Shown here: positions 8,998 through 18,945 of the stretch, piece by piece
Numbering within the stretch: the stretch's first letter is position 1
Layout of the letters: every line of letters begins with the position of its first letter
Source of the DNA: Candidatus Latescibacterota bacterium
GTDB taxonomy: Bacteria > Latescibacterota > UBA2968 > UBA8231
Direction: 5' to 3'
DNA length: 64,000 bases
NCBI GenBank assembly: GCA_965215195.1
Contig: CBDCDC010000002.1
Coordinates: 4,544,001-4,608,000, forward strand
Notes under the pieces: generated by a model
Database searches by the model: none
What the model saw: only the letters and a program-made list of their open reading frames with translations
Told to the model about the DNA's origin: nothing
Made by a program: the position numbers and the translations under genes

Positions 8998-10293
8998 ATG
9001 AGCACCGAACATCACACCGTCATCATCGTCGGCGGCGGGCCGGCCGGCCTGCCGTTGGCGGTGGTCTTGGGCGGCTGGCATCCTTTCTTCCGCAACAGCC
9101 GCACGTTTGCCGCGCACTACGCGCCTCTCGCCGGGTACTTGCAGCAGTTCGACCGCACGCTGTTGGGGCTGGATATGCGCCAGCTCGCGCAGAGCGGCAT
9201 CAAGCCCGTCGATCTGTTTCGCGCCTTGCACCACCCGCGTCAGCTCTTTGAGGAACTGGACCAAGTCGCCATGGACTTTCGGCGCGGCGAGCCGCTGGAC
9301 GCGCTGCTCATCAGCCGCGAGCCGGTCGGCGGGTTGTGGAACCGAGCGCCGCAAAACCTGCTGACTCTGTCGCCGGGTCAGTGGATGGAGTTTGCCTTTT
9401 ATCCGCTGGCCCAGCACGCCGCAGAAGTCGGGCGCACCTTAGACGTCAACGCCCTGATTCTCAAAACCGATCTGATCGAGTACTATCACCGCGTACCCGA
9501 GCGCTTTGGGGTGGCAGAGCGCATTCGCACCTTTGAGGAGGTCGAGCGGATTGAGCCGCACGCAAGGGGCTTCCAACTCACCAGTCGGCACGTGCAAACG
9601 GGCGTTGAGCAGCGCTACACCTGTAAGTACTTGGTCCTCGCAACCGGCCAGCGCGGTCGGTTGCGTTCCCTCGGAGTGGAGGGCGAGGACTGGTCTTTTG
9701 TCACCGCGCACTACGACAAGCCCGCAGACTTCCCCGGCGAGCGGGTGATGGTAGTAGGCGGCGGGCGCTCGGGCGATTGGGCCGCGACCGAATTGCACGA
9801 CGCCGGCAAGCAGGTGTACTACGCCATGCGCCAAGGGCCAGCAGTGCATTGGCGGCTGATTGGCGACAGCCGCCACGGGCTGCCCTATTACCAGCGCATG
9901 GCCGCAATCCTCGAAAGCCGCTCGCCCCGGCTCAAAACCTTGTATCACACCCACGTGACGCAGATCGCCGAGGACGGACGGGTCGGGCTGCAAACGCCCG
10001 AAGGGGACCAAGTGGTGGAGGTCGATCACGTGATCAAGGAAGTCGGCGGCACGGCCGACTACTCGATCTTGCAGGGCTTTGCGCCGCTGACCCGGACGCC
10101 TATGCGCGACAACTACCGATTCCAAGTCGATCAAGTACAGACCCACGCCCACAACTACGAGTCGATTGACGTCCCCAACTTGTATCTCGGCGGCTACTTA
10201 GCGGCCGGAATCGGCCTCGTCGTCATTGCCATGCACGGTACTACCTACGCGATTGCCGGGGATATTCTCCAGAAAGAGGGGCGGCTCTTGTAA
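8998..10293 (+). CDS. FAD/NAD(P)-dependent oxidoreductase, OSGIN-like
   Basis: GGGPAG and VVGGGRSG Rossmann motifs, LATG, GGLWN...LSPGQWM. Confidence 0.8.
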   Translation: MSTEHHTVIIVGGGPAGLPLAVVLGGWHPFFRNSRTFAAHYAPLAGYLQQFDRTLLGLDMRQLAQSGIKPVDLFRALHHPRQLFEELDQVAMDFRRGEPLDALLISREPVGGLWNRAPQNLLTLSPGQWMEFAFYPLAQHAAEVGRTLDVNALILKTDLIEYYHRVPERFGVAERIRTFEEVERIEPHARGFQLTSRHVQTGVEQRYTCKYLVLATGQRGRLRSLGVEGEDWSFVTAHYDKPADFPGERVMVVGGGRSGDWAATELHDAGKQVYYAMRQGPAVHWRLIGDSRHGLPYYQRMAAILESRSPRLKTLYHTHVTQIAEDGRVGLQTPEGDQVVEVDHVIKEVGGTADYSILQGFAPLTRTPMRDNYRFQVDQVQTHAHNYESIDVPNLYLGGYLAAGIGLVVIAMHGTTYAIAGDILQKEGRLL

Positions 10294-10327
10294 CTTTTCC
10301 CCGCTTGGTGCAATGCGGCGAACTGAG

Positions 10328-11330
10328 TCAGCGATCTCCTAGGTCCACCCACGCTCTACCTTCGCATCCGATGTACTCGGACTGCGGTCGAAAAATTCGC
10401 CCCACTGCGTCCTGTTCGCGGCAGTGCGCAATCCAGCCAGCCATGCGAGTTGCGGCGAAGGTGCAGCTAAACAGCTCGGACGGGATGCCGAGTTCGCTTA
10501 GCAGAACGGCCGTATAGAACTCGGCGTTGGCGAACAAGTGCCGGCCCGGCTTGTATTCCTCCAGCAGCCGCACGGCCTCTAATTCCACAAATCTGGCCAA
10601 GTCGAACAGGCCTGGGTCTCCTTTGGCCACGCACAGCTTCTCAGCGGCTCGTGCGAGGATGGCCGCTCGGGGATCCCGCACCTTGTACTCGCGGTGCCCG
10701 AAGCCCATCAGGCGTTCACCGCGGTCGAGCGCATTTCTAAGGCAGGATTCTGCGTGGTCGGGAACGCCGATTTGCCGTAGCATGGCCAAGGCCGGCTCGG
10801 GTGCGCCGCCGTGCAGCGGGCCTTTTAAGGCACCGAGTGCGCCGCTGACGGCCGACTTCCGATCAGAGCGCGTCGAAGTGATGACGCGAGCGGTGAAGGT
10901 TGATGCGTTCATGCCGTGATCGACCATCGCGTTGAAGTAGGTGTCCAGCGCACGGGCCATGGCCGCGGTTGGCCGGCGGCCTGACAGCATGTAGAGGAAG
11001 TTCTCGGCAAGGCGAAGTCCCGGCTCCGGCTGAATCGCGGATTTTTGAGCCATCAAGCGCCACGTGGCAGCGACGATGACCGGGGTGGCACCCACGAGCG
11101 CGACATCCGCCTCCGCGCCCTCGAAGCGGAGCGAATCAAGGGCCAGTCGCAGTACGTCAATTGGCTTCTGTTCAGCTCGGACAGCGGCCTCAATCAAAGA
11201 CTGGGTGCATCCGGGCAGGGACCAGCTCGACAGCCGAGCGCGGAATGTCTCGAGCTGCGCGCAGTTTGGAAGCTGGCCATGCCACAGCAGGTAGGCCGTT
11301 TCCTCGAAGTGCGCGTTGGGGGCAAGTTCC
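10328..11330 (-). pseudogene. Citrate synthase / 2-methylcitrate synthase, 5'-truncated
   Basis: DHGMNASTF, GPLHGGA, GFGHREY, AGWIAH; the usual N-terminal GLEGV segment is missing. Confidence 0.75.
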
Positions 11331-11441
11331 GGCCGCATCATCGGCTGGGTCGCCCATGCCATTGAGCAGTATCAGACCGGACGCCTAATCCGGCCGCGCG
11401 CCAAGTACACGGGACCGGATCCACGCCGTGCGTCGGGTTAA
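11331..11441 (+). pseudogene. 3' remnant of a second citrate synthase-family gene
   Basis: Reads GRIIGWVAHAIEQYQTGRLIRPRAKYTGPDPRRASG*. Confidence 0.8.
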
Positions 11442-11448
11442 TTCTGCG

Positions 11449-11697
11449 TTAGAGAATGCCCCCGCCTAGGACGAGGCGGATGATGCCAAAAAACAGGGCC
11501 ACAATGCAGCACACTAAGCCAGCGATGCCGCAGCTTTTGGAGCTGTTGCCGGCCGTGGCCAGCGCGATGCCGCTGACGATGATGCCGACGCCGGCAAAAG
11601 GTATGTTGAGCCAGTTTAGTGCGCCGAGACACGGGACGAACCCCACGACCATGCCAACAATAGCCAGAATTCCCCACAGCAAACTAAGCACCTGCAT
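11449..11697 (-). CDS. Small membrane protein
   Basis: 82 aa, hydrophobic, PCLGALNWLNIPF; AAGGAG RBS. Confidence 0.75.
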   Translation of the reverse strand: MQVLSLLWGILAIVGMVVGFVPCLGALNWLNIPFAGVGIIVSGIALATAGNSSKSCGIAGLVCCIVALFFGIIRLVLGGGIL

Positions 11698-11785
11698 GAT
11701 GGTATCTCCTTTTGTGCATTTGACGCAGCAAGAAACCTGCGACCCCTAGCTGATTGGCGAGCAAGGCACCATACAAGGCGACCGC
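11696..11785 (-). repeat. 90-bp direct copy of 12747-12836 (3' end of the DUF2752-like gene plus RBS)
   Basis: 4 mismatches in 90 bp. Confidence 0.95.
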
Positions 11786-11841
11786 AAATTCAGCAGCGTA
11801 AGCGATGAGGCACTTTGCCGTGCGGTCCCGAGCCTGCTCGA

Positions 11842-12747
11842 TTAGGCATCTGCGTCTTCAATACCGCAGGCATCGACATAGACGCTTAACAGGCGCTCCT
11901 GAAGCAAATTGCGCCCACCGGTTTCGACCGCGGCTTTGTCGAGACTAAAGAAAAACTCAAGCGCGGCATCGTCACCCACTCTGGCTGCGTAGGCCTCTGC
12001 CAGGCAACCAAAGAGCACTTCGAGGTTGAGTGGGGGTTTGAGACGGTGCTGGGCAAGAAGCTCGACGACGAGCCGGATGGGATCGTCGCCACTGGGATCT
12101 GCCGCACCCGTGGTTAGTGGCACCCCTTGAGCCAGATGCAGAAAAACGAACTCAAGGCATTCTCTGAGCAATCCGGGTTCACGGTCTTCAAGCTCAGCGA
12201 GCCATGCGGCTTCCGCCGCGCTGACCCGCCTTTTCGGGATTATGACAGCACTTCGCCGCAATAAAACCCATAGACGGGCGATCAACCAACAGGCGCCCTG
12301 AAACAGGATTACTGCCAACTGCACCAGGAAGAGGAAAAGGTGGACTATCAGTTGCAGCAAAGCAACGACCAGATGAATATAGACGGCATTCTTTCCGCGC
12401 ACCTGGATACCTCCAATCTTGGCGCTCGAATACCGCGGTTTGAGCAAGTTGAAGGTTCCAACCGACGTCCTGCTCGAGACCGAAAGGCCGCTCTTCGACA
12501 GATTGAGTTTGAGCGGCCCTTTGCCGTAGCGTCCACGCAAGACGAAACGCCCGTTTTGCAGAGCCGCTTGTGTACCTTTGGCGATCCGCGTTGATACGCG
12601 CATACCGTGACTGGAGTTGGCCGTTAAGTTGACCCCCGCTGCCTTTGTCTGAGTACGCAAAGCAACCCCTCCGGTTCGGCTTGCCCGAAGGTATTTGCCG
12701 CGGTATTCAATACGTTTTAACCGGCCGTCTGCATCTCGTTCCAACAA
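11842..12747 (-). CDS. DUF4236-like membrane protein
   Basis: LRASRTGGV, LNLSKSGLSVS motif followed by a hydrophobic helix; TTG start. Confidence 0.6.
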   Translation of the reverse strand: MLERDADGRLKRIEYRGKYLRASRTGGVALRTQTKAAGVNLTANSSHGMRVSTRIAKGTQAALQNGRFVLRGRYGKGPLKLNLSKSGLSVSSRTSVGTFNLLKPRYSSAKIGGIQVRGKNAVYIHLVVALLQLIVHLFLFLVQLAVILFQGACWLIARLWVLLRRSAVIIPKRRVSAAEAAWLAELEDREPGLLRECLEFVFLHLAQGVPLTTGAADPSGDDPIRLVVELLAQHRLKPPLNLEVLFGCLAEAYAARVGDDAALEFFFSLDKAAVETGGRNLLQERLLSVYVDACGIEDADA

Positions 12748-13076
12748 TGATGGTATCTCCTTTTGTGCATTTGACGCAGCAAGAAACCTGCGACCACTAG
12801 CTGATTGGCAAGCAAAGCTCCATACAAGGCGACCGCCCCTCGATTATAGATACGGGCTGCGGCAAAGTCGCCCCGTGCCATGGCCGCGAACGCGCGCGTC
12901 ATGCCGCACAAAGCGCACGTTTCCCCGCTGCGATGCGGCACCTTAAAAGCCTCACTCGCGGCAAAAAGCGTTTCCTCCGGCACGAGATAGGGCGCAATCA
13001 GTAAAAAAAGCAGCATAGCTGAAGCCACTACCCACGCCGCAGTAAGGGTCCTCTGCATTTGGTTGTCTCGCTTCAC
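12717..13076 (-). CDS. DUF2752-like membrane protein
   Basis: CALCGMTRAF...GDF..A..YN motif; GTG start overlaps the upstream stop. Confidence 0.7.
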   Translation of the reverse strand: MKRDNQMQRTLTAAWVVASAMLLFLLIAPYLVPEETLFAASEAFKVPHRSGETCALCGMTRAFAAMARGDFAAARIYNRGAVALYGALLANQLVVAGFLLRQMHKRRYHHCWNEMQTAG

Positions 13077-14800
13077 ATCTGCGGCCGCAAGTTCAGCAGC
13101 ACCAAGAGCCAAGTGCGGCTCCAGTACGCGCTGTTGATATAGGGGTTTTTCGCGCTGGGCCAGTTGGTCCAATAGGTCTCGTTGTGCGGGATGCGGTGCG
13201 GCCATTGGACGATGGGGATGGAGGGTAACTCGGCAAGCCAGAGGTCCATGGCCTCTCGATAGATTTCGTCCATCTCCGGGGCGTTGGTCGGAGTCTGGCC
13301 CATTTGGTCGATTAGCGCGTCGTAGGCCGGGTTTTGCCAGCGCCAAGGCATGTCGGCCGGCTCGCCCGTGGGTTGGACAAAGCGGCTGTGGTACTGGCGC
13401 AGCACAAAATAGGGGTCGCGCATGGAGCTGAAGTTGCCGATTAGGTACGCGCGGGCCGTGCCCTGGCGCAGGCGCGTGGAGAAGTCCGAAGTCATGCGGA
13501 AGGAGGCGTTGATGCCGGCCTTTTTGAGCTGGGCGATGAGCACTGGCGTCAGGTCCTGAAAGTGGGAGAAGATGTCGATGACCATGCTCAGGGGCTGCCC
13601 GTCCTTTTCCCAGAAAACCCCGTTGCGGACGTAGCCTTTGCCGGCGAGTATCTCGGCGCTCTTTTGCAAGTCAAAGACGCCCACTTGGTGCTCGGCGACC
13701 AAGTCCTCGGCGAGGGCAAAATACCGCTGCATTTGCGGGAGGTCGGGCAAGGGCAGCAGGGTCCATGCCCCGGAGTTTTGCCAGCCTATGGCCACGAGCT
13801 GCTCGCGGTCAATGGCGTAGTTGACCGCACGGCGCATCTCCGGGTCGGCCCAAGGGGCCTCCAGCCCGTTAAATCCCAGCGATATGGGCCACCAAGTGAT
13901 GTAGCTGTACGGGGGCTCGCGGCCCGTCCAAGTCGTGATGTTGCGATTGCGCTCCAATAGGGAGACCATGTTGGCCGGGCGCAGCTCCAAGCAGGTGTCG
14001 ATGTTGTTGGCGATCAGGTTTTGCACGCGCTTGTGCTCCTCCATGTAGGTCAGGTAGATCAGCCGCTCGACCTCGGGCAGTTCCTGAAAGCCGAGTTTAT
14101 CCGCCCACCAACCCTCGCGCAGATCCCAGATCCGTTGGGCCGGCTCCGAGCGCACTATGCGATAGGGGCCGGTCAGAACCGGCCAGCCTTTTTGCAGGTC
14201 GAAGTTGGAAAAGGTCTGCGGGTCTTGGCCCTCCCAGATGTGCTTGGGCACGATGGGGACGCCTTGGTCGCCGCTGTGGACGAAGTAGCTGAAGAGGAAG
14301 CGCGGGTTGGGTGCCTTGAGCACAACGCGCGCCGTCAGGCTGTCGAGGGCGACCGCCTCTTGGACCCAAGTCGCCATATCCGTCGAGTACACGAGCTGGG
14401 GAGCGTGCTCCACGAGCATGTTGATGGTAAAGGCAAAGTCGTGCGCCGACCAAGGGTGCCCGTCGCTCCACTCGACGCCCGGACGGATTTTGACCACGAG
14501 TTCGGTGTAATCCTCGTTGAACTGGTGGCTCTCGGCGATCCAGGGTATTAGCGCGGAATTTTCCCCGTACGCGTTGAAGAAGTAGAGCGGCTCGTACAGG
14601 AAGTTATATCCGATCCGCGAGATGCTGCCCGGGATGAAGGGGTTGAAGGAGTTGTAATCTTGGATCTGACCGGAGCAGGTATTGGCCTCGGCGCAGTCCA
14701 TGATCAAGGTCCGGTTGCGCGGCACCTTTTTGAACGCACCCTCGTCGCCACTACAGGCGATGAAGGGTACGGTAGCTAAGAGCAGGATATAAATAGGCAT
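13073..14800 (-). CDS. ABC transporter substrate-binding lipoprotein (family 5)
   Basis: Lipobox FIAC, LYEPL, GVEWSDG, TGPY, RRAVNYAIDRE. Confidence 0.9.
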   Translation of the reverse strand: MPIYILLLATVPFIACSGDEGAFKKVPRNRTLIMDCAEANTCSGQIQDYNSFNPFIPGSISRIGYNFLYEPLYFFNAYGENSALIPWIAESHQFNEDYTELVVKIRPGVEWSDGHPWSAHDFAFTINMLVEHAPQLVYSTDMATWVQEAVALDSLTARVVLKAPNPRFLFSYFVHSGDQGVPIVPKHIWEGQDPQTFSNFDLQKGWPVLTGPYRIVRSEPAQRIWDLREGWWADKLGFQELPEVERLIYLTYMEEHKRVQNLIANNIDTCLELRPANMVSLLERNRNITTWTGREPPYSYITWWPISLGFNGLEAPWADPEMRRAVNYAIDREQLVAIGWQNSGAWTLLPLPDLPQMQRYFALAEDLVAEHQVGVFDLQKSAEILAGKGYVRNGVFWEKDGQPLSMVIDIFSHFQDLTPVLIAQLKKAGINASFRMTSDFSTRLRQGTARAYLIGNFSSMRDPYFVLRQYHSRFVQPTGEPADMPWRWQNPAYDALIDQMGQTPTNAPEMDEIYREAMDLWLAELPSIPIVQWPHRIPHNETYWTNWPSAKNPYINSAYWSRTWLLVLLNLRPQM

Positions 14801-14803
14801 TGA

Positions 14804-15577
14804 CTACTTTCTTTTGGCCGCTTGCAGGGCGCAAGCACGGCTTTGAGATAGCGCAGCCACCGGGTCGGGAAGTTGGGGGCTGAGCTCAATGCTCGCCGGG
14901 CCGGTGTATGGGCTTTGGGCGAGGGCGGCAAAAGTCGCGGCTAGCACCTCCTCGGTCAGCACGCCCGCTAGCAGGGGCCAGTGCAGGTCGGCCTCCCCGT
15001 CGTTGTCATCTAGATGCACGTACCCGAGCCGGTCTCCGGCCGCGGCGATGACAGGGGCCGGGGCTTCCCCAGACATCTGTAGGTGACCGGTGTCGAGGAG
15101 CAAGTAGAGGTTGGGGTGGTTTAGGCGGGACAGGTACTCCAAGGTCCCGGCCGCCGTGGGCAGCGCCTTGCCCGGGAAGTGCTCCACCCCGACGCGGATC
15201 GCACGCGCAGCCGCGAAGTCCGCCACTTGCCCCAAGGCGTCGCCAAACTGGGGCAGGGCGGCTGGATCGTCCCCGGGAACGACATACGCAGTGCCGGCAC
15301 CGAGGGCGGCCGCGTGGTCGAGGGCCTCCCGGCAGTGGTCGAGGGCGGCTCGTTGGGCGGCGGCTGTTGCGCTGTCGAGGGCCGCGCCGTCTTCCATGTT
15401 AAAACACAGCGCGAGGCAGGAGACCGACAGGCCGAGGTCGTCGATGCGCGTGCGGGCCGCCGGGCCGACAAAGGTCTTGGCCTGCACGTCAATGGAGCGG
15501 AAGCCAATAGCGGCCAGCGCGGCGAGGGCGTCTTCCTCCGAGCCGGTCAAGGCCCAAGCACAACAGGATAGTTCCAC
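14804..15577 (-). CDS. Sugar phosphate isomerase/epimerase (xylose isomerase-like TIM barrel)
   Basis: LLDTGH, YVHLDDN, SIEL. Confidence 0.85.
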   Translation of the reverse strand: MELSCCAWALTGSEEDALAALAAIGFRSIDVQAKTFVGPAARTRIDDLGLSVSCLALCFNMEDGAALDSATAAAQRAALDHCREALDHAAALGAGTAYVVPGDDPAALPQFGDALGQVADFAAARAIRVGVEHFPGKALPTAAGTLEYLSRLNHPNLYLLLDTGHLQMSGEAPAPVIAAAGDRLGYVHLDDNDGEADLHWPLLAGVLTEEVLAATFAALAQSPYTGPASIELSPQLPDPVAALSQSRACALQAAKRK

Positions 15578-15594
15578 GATCGTTCCTTAATTTT

Positions 15595-16404
15595 TTAGCA
15601 AGCGGGCAGCACGCCGTAGCAGACGCGGCGGCTCTCCTCGACTTTGGCGAAACCGAGGCGGGCGAGCGCGTGGCCGGGCCGGCGGTCCTTCATCACCACT
15701 CGGCGGCGGGCGACGCGGCGGGCTTGGCGCAGGTCGGCAGGAGAAGGACCGCCCGCCTCGGCCAAGCAGCGGACCAAATCCAGTCCCGCGGAGTCGGCAA
15801 TGGTCTCGGTGAACATGGGGTCGAAGTAAACGACATCCCAAGCATTGTCGGCTTCGCAGCGCAGATAGTCGGCAAAGTCGGCGCAGCAGACCTCAACGCG
15901 GCGCATGGCTGGGACGAGGTCGGGAGGGTCGTCGAGCATACAGGAGGCCATGCCGCGCTCGACCAGCAGGGCCAACAGGGGCGAGGCTTCGAGGGCGCGG
16001 ACGCGGCCAGCCGGGCCGACCACACAAGAGGCGACAATGGCGTCGGCACCCAGCCCGCAGGTGCAGTCGAGGACGCGGTCGCCTAATTTGAGCTGTAAGG
16101 CGTCAACCAAGACGTCGTGCTTGCCTTGTTCCAAGGCGAGTATCCGCAATTTGGCCATATTGGGATGGTGGTGCAAGCTCTGTCCGGCGACCCACAAGGC
16201 AAGGTCTGTGCGCTCGACGATGATCAGGCCGTTGAGTGCCTCGGCGGCGGCGATTCCAGCGAGTGAGCGGTGGGCGCGGGGTACGTAGCGGTAGCCGGTT
16301 GTGGTCGCGATGCCGCGTGCGGTCGCACACTCTTGGGGCCGGGGGTGCGCGGCGGTGGTTACGGCAAAGGAGAGGTCGCGTCGCTCTGTGGTCGTTTTTT
16401 CCAG
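15595..16404 (-). CDS. SAM-dependent methyltransferase (RsmJ-like)
   Basis: LDCTCGLGAD, DVVYFDPMF; frame stays open upstream of 16197 to a CTG at 16404; start uncertain. Confidence 0.75.
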   Translation of the reverse strand: MEKTTTERRDLSFAVTTAAHPRPQECATARGIATTTGYRYVPRAHRSLAGIAAAEALNGLIIVERTDLALWVAGQSLHHHPNMAKLRILALEQGKHDVLVDALQLKLGDRVLDCTCGLGADAIVASCVVGPAGRVRALEASPLLALLVERGMASCMLDDPPDLVPAMRRVEVCCADFADYLRCEADNAWDVVYFDPMFTETIADSAGLDLVRCLAEAGGPSPADLRQARRVARRRVVMKDRRPGHALARLGFAKVEESRRVCYGVLPAC

Positions 16405-16498
16405 ATGAAAAATAGTAAACTCGTCCCTATAACGCCTTCGCAGGGGCAGACCGATGTGTCTGTCCTAATACTAACCAATAATCCCAATGGAGCGATAG

Positions 16499-17089
16499 AT
16501 GGACGCTGAGCGCCTTGAAGCCCAACTCGGTTTTGCCCTCGAAGCCGAAAAGCTCAAACAGGTCTTTCGCCAGACCCTGTTGCTGGGCGACCGCCGGCGG
16601 GAAAACGACGCCGAACACTCGTGGCACCTGAGCCTGATGGCCGTTCTGCTGGTCGAGTACGCAGCGGCGGAAGTCGATCTGCTGAAGGTGATCGAGATGC
16701 TGTTGATCCACGATGTGGTGGAAATCGACGCGGGCGACACCTTCGTCTATGACGTGGCGGGCAACGAGGACAAGGCACAACGCGAGCAGCAAGCAGCGGA
16801 CCGGCTGTTCGGCCTGTTGCCGGCCGATCAGGCCCAAGCCTATCGTGCGTTGTGGGACGAGTTTGAGCAGCGACAGAGCGCGGAAGCGCGCTATGCGGCG
16901 GCGCTCGACCGGCTACAGCCGCTATTGCTCAACTTTTACAGCGACGGAGCGGCGTGGCAGCGGCATGGGATCAAAAAGGCGCAGGTGATCGCGCACAACG
17001 AGCATATCGGGGAAGGGGCGCCGGTGTTGTGGGAATTGGCGCGGAAGTTAATCGACGCAGCCGTGGCAAAGGGGATTTTGGCTGAATAG
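16499..17089 (+). CDS. HD-domain hydrolase (HDDC2/YfbR-like)
   Basis: ENDAEHSWH, IHDVVEIDAGD, DRLQP. Confidence 0.88.
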   Translation: MDAERLEAQLGFALEAEKLKQVFRQTLLLGDRRRENDAEHSWHLSLMAVLLVEYAAAEVDLLKVIEMLLIHDVVEIDAGDTFVYDVAGNEDKAQREQQAADRLFGLLPADQAQAYRALWDEFEQRQSAEARYAAALDRLQPLLLNFYSDGAAWQRHGIKKAQVIAHNEHIGEGAPVLWELARKLIDAAVAKGILAE

Positions 17090-17090
17090 C

Positions 17091-18389
17091 TCAGGCCGGG
17101 ACGAAGCGCTCTAGCCGCCAGCGCTTGGCCCAAGTCTTTTCCAAGCGCACGCACAAGCAGACGTCGTTGCCCGTGTAGGTCTCTGCGAGAACCTCGCCCT
17201 GCTGGTGTAAATGGGCCAGGAGCCGGCCTTCGGCTTGGGGGACCTGAAGCTCTAAGGTGATATCCCCAGCGACGCTGTACGCACGGATTTTGTCGCGCAG
17301 CGCGTCGAGGTTGATGCCTTGGCTGGCCGAGACGGCGATGGCGTGTTCGCGGGCCGCGTACGCGGCCACGATCCGCTCTTCTTCGCCCGGGGCCACTTGG
17401 TCAATTTTGTTGTACACCATCAGGGTGGGGCTGTCTGCAAGCCCGAGGCTGCACAGGACTTGCTCGACTGTGGCGATCTGCGACTCGTAGTGCGGAAAGC
17501 TCAAGTCGATCACGTGCAGCAGCAAGTCGGCCTCTACGGCCTCTTCGAGCGTGGCGCGGAAAGAGGCAAACAGGTGGTGGGGCAGGCGGTTGATGAAGCC
17601 AACCGTGTCGGTCAGTAGGACCTTGTGGTTGCGGTCGAGGGCAACGGCGCGAGTGGTCGAATCCAAGGTGGCAAAAAGCTGGTCCTCCACTAGGACCTCC
17701 GCGCCGGAAAGCACCCTCATCAGGGTCGATTTGCCGGCGTTGGTATAACCCACGAGGGCCACCTTAAAAACATCGGCGCGATTTTTGCGGTTAGTCGCCA
17801 TCTGTACGCCAATTTTGTCGAGCTTGGCCTCTAGGGAGTTGATCTGACGGCGAATCAGGCGGCGGTCGATTTCTAACTGGGTTTCGCCCGGGCCGCGGAC
17901 AGCGGCGGCCCCCATGCCGCGGATGGCCCCGCCGCCGGCTTGGCGCGAGAGGTGGGTCCAGTAGCGAGTCAGGCGCGGCAGGAGGTAGTTGAGCTGGGCT
18001 AGCTCGACTTGGAGCTGGGCCGTGTGGGTGCGAGCGTGGCGTGCGAAGATGTCCAAGATCACGGCGCTGCGGTCGAGAACGCGGTGCTTGGTGACGCCCT
18101 CCAAGTTGCGCATCTGGGCCGACGAGAGGTCGTTGTCAAAGACGATTACGTCGGCTTGGCACTCGGCTGCGAGCTGCTTGAGGGCGGCGGCTTTGCCCTT
18201 GCCGACGTAGTGGGCCGGGTCAATGCGGTCGCGCCTTTGGAGCTGGCGTGCGGCTTCGACGAGGCCAGCGGTGGCGACTAAGCGACCGAGTTCGTCGAGG
18301 GAGTGTTCGGCCTCCCAAGCCGGCATCTGGGGCAGGGCGACGCCAACGAGGATGGCGCGTTCTTGGCTTAGTGTGCGATTTCCTTCCAT
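17091..18389 (-). CDS. hflX: GTPase HflX
   Basis: GPGETQLE, GYTNAGKS, LFATLD, DTVGF, NKID. Confidence 0.95.
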   Translation of the reverse strand: MEGNRTLSQERAILVGVALPQMPAWEAEHSLDELGRLVATAGLVEAARQLQRRDRIDPAHYVGKGKAAALKQLAAECQADVIVFDNDLSSAQMRNLEGVTKHRVLDRSAVILDIFARHARTHTAQLQVELAQLNYLLPRLTRYWTHLSRQAGGGAIRGMGAAAVRGPGETQLEIDRRLIRRQINSLEAKLDKIGVQMATNRKNRADVFKVALVGYTNAGKSTLMRVLSGAEVLVEDQLFATLDSTTRAVALDRNHKVLLTDTVGFINRLPHHLFASFRATLEEAVEADLLLHVIDLSFPHYESQIATVEQVLCSLGLADSPTLMVYNKIDQVAPGEEERIVAAYAAREHAIAVSASQGINLDALRDKIRAYSVAGDITLELQVPQAEGRLLAHLHQQGEVLAETYTGNDVCLCVRLEKTWAKRWRLERFVPA

Positions 18390-18945
18390 GCGGGCTTCTT
18401 TGGACTTCACAGTGCAGCGCATCAAACACAAACACAGCGCATTACTTTGTCAATAGCAAAGGGCGAGTCTGCGCTTTCAATGCGCTGGCGAGCTGTTGCG
18501 ACAAAAAAGTCGACGTTTGGAAGGAGCATTGACGATTTTGTCGTTATTACGGCAAATAGAGTGCCGCCGCATGTTTCTAACTCGTCATTTAACATTGACT
18601 TTTGCAAAAAATAAAACCTGTGGCACTAGCTTTGCTTACTACCGAAAGACCTTACTCTGCCTTGCACACAGCCTATTCGCGTTCCCAATAACACAACCTG
18701 CCCACTCGGCCCTGTGGACTCGCCCCTGAGTCTGCGGGGCACAATCATCTCTACGCCTTGGGGAAACAGTGCTGATCATAGCCCGAATTTTAATTGCCGA
18801 TGGCGACGCACTCTCTCGTGGTTACATCCATATACTGGACAGCTTCGTCGATGGTCTAGGCAAAAATAGGTCGGAGGTGTGTGCAGAGATCTAAGGTGCG
18901 AACTGACCGCGCAGTGCTACTGACAGAGGAGAAAAGGGACTGAGC

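Noticed and set aside
5827-9005. Many ORFs with repeated FQSAPLTEARGD / FNPLPSPKQGET peptides
   Set aside because: These are translations of CRISPR repeats, not genes.
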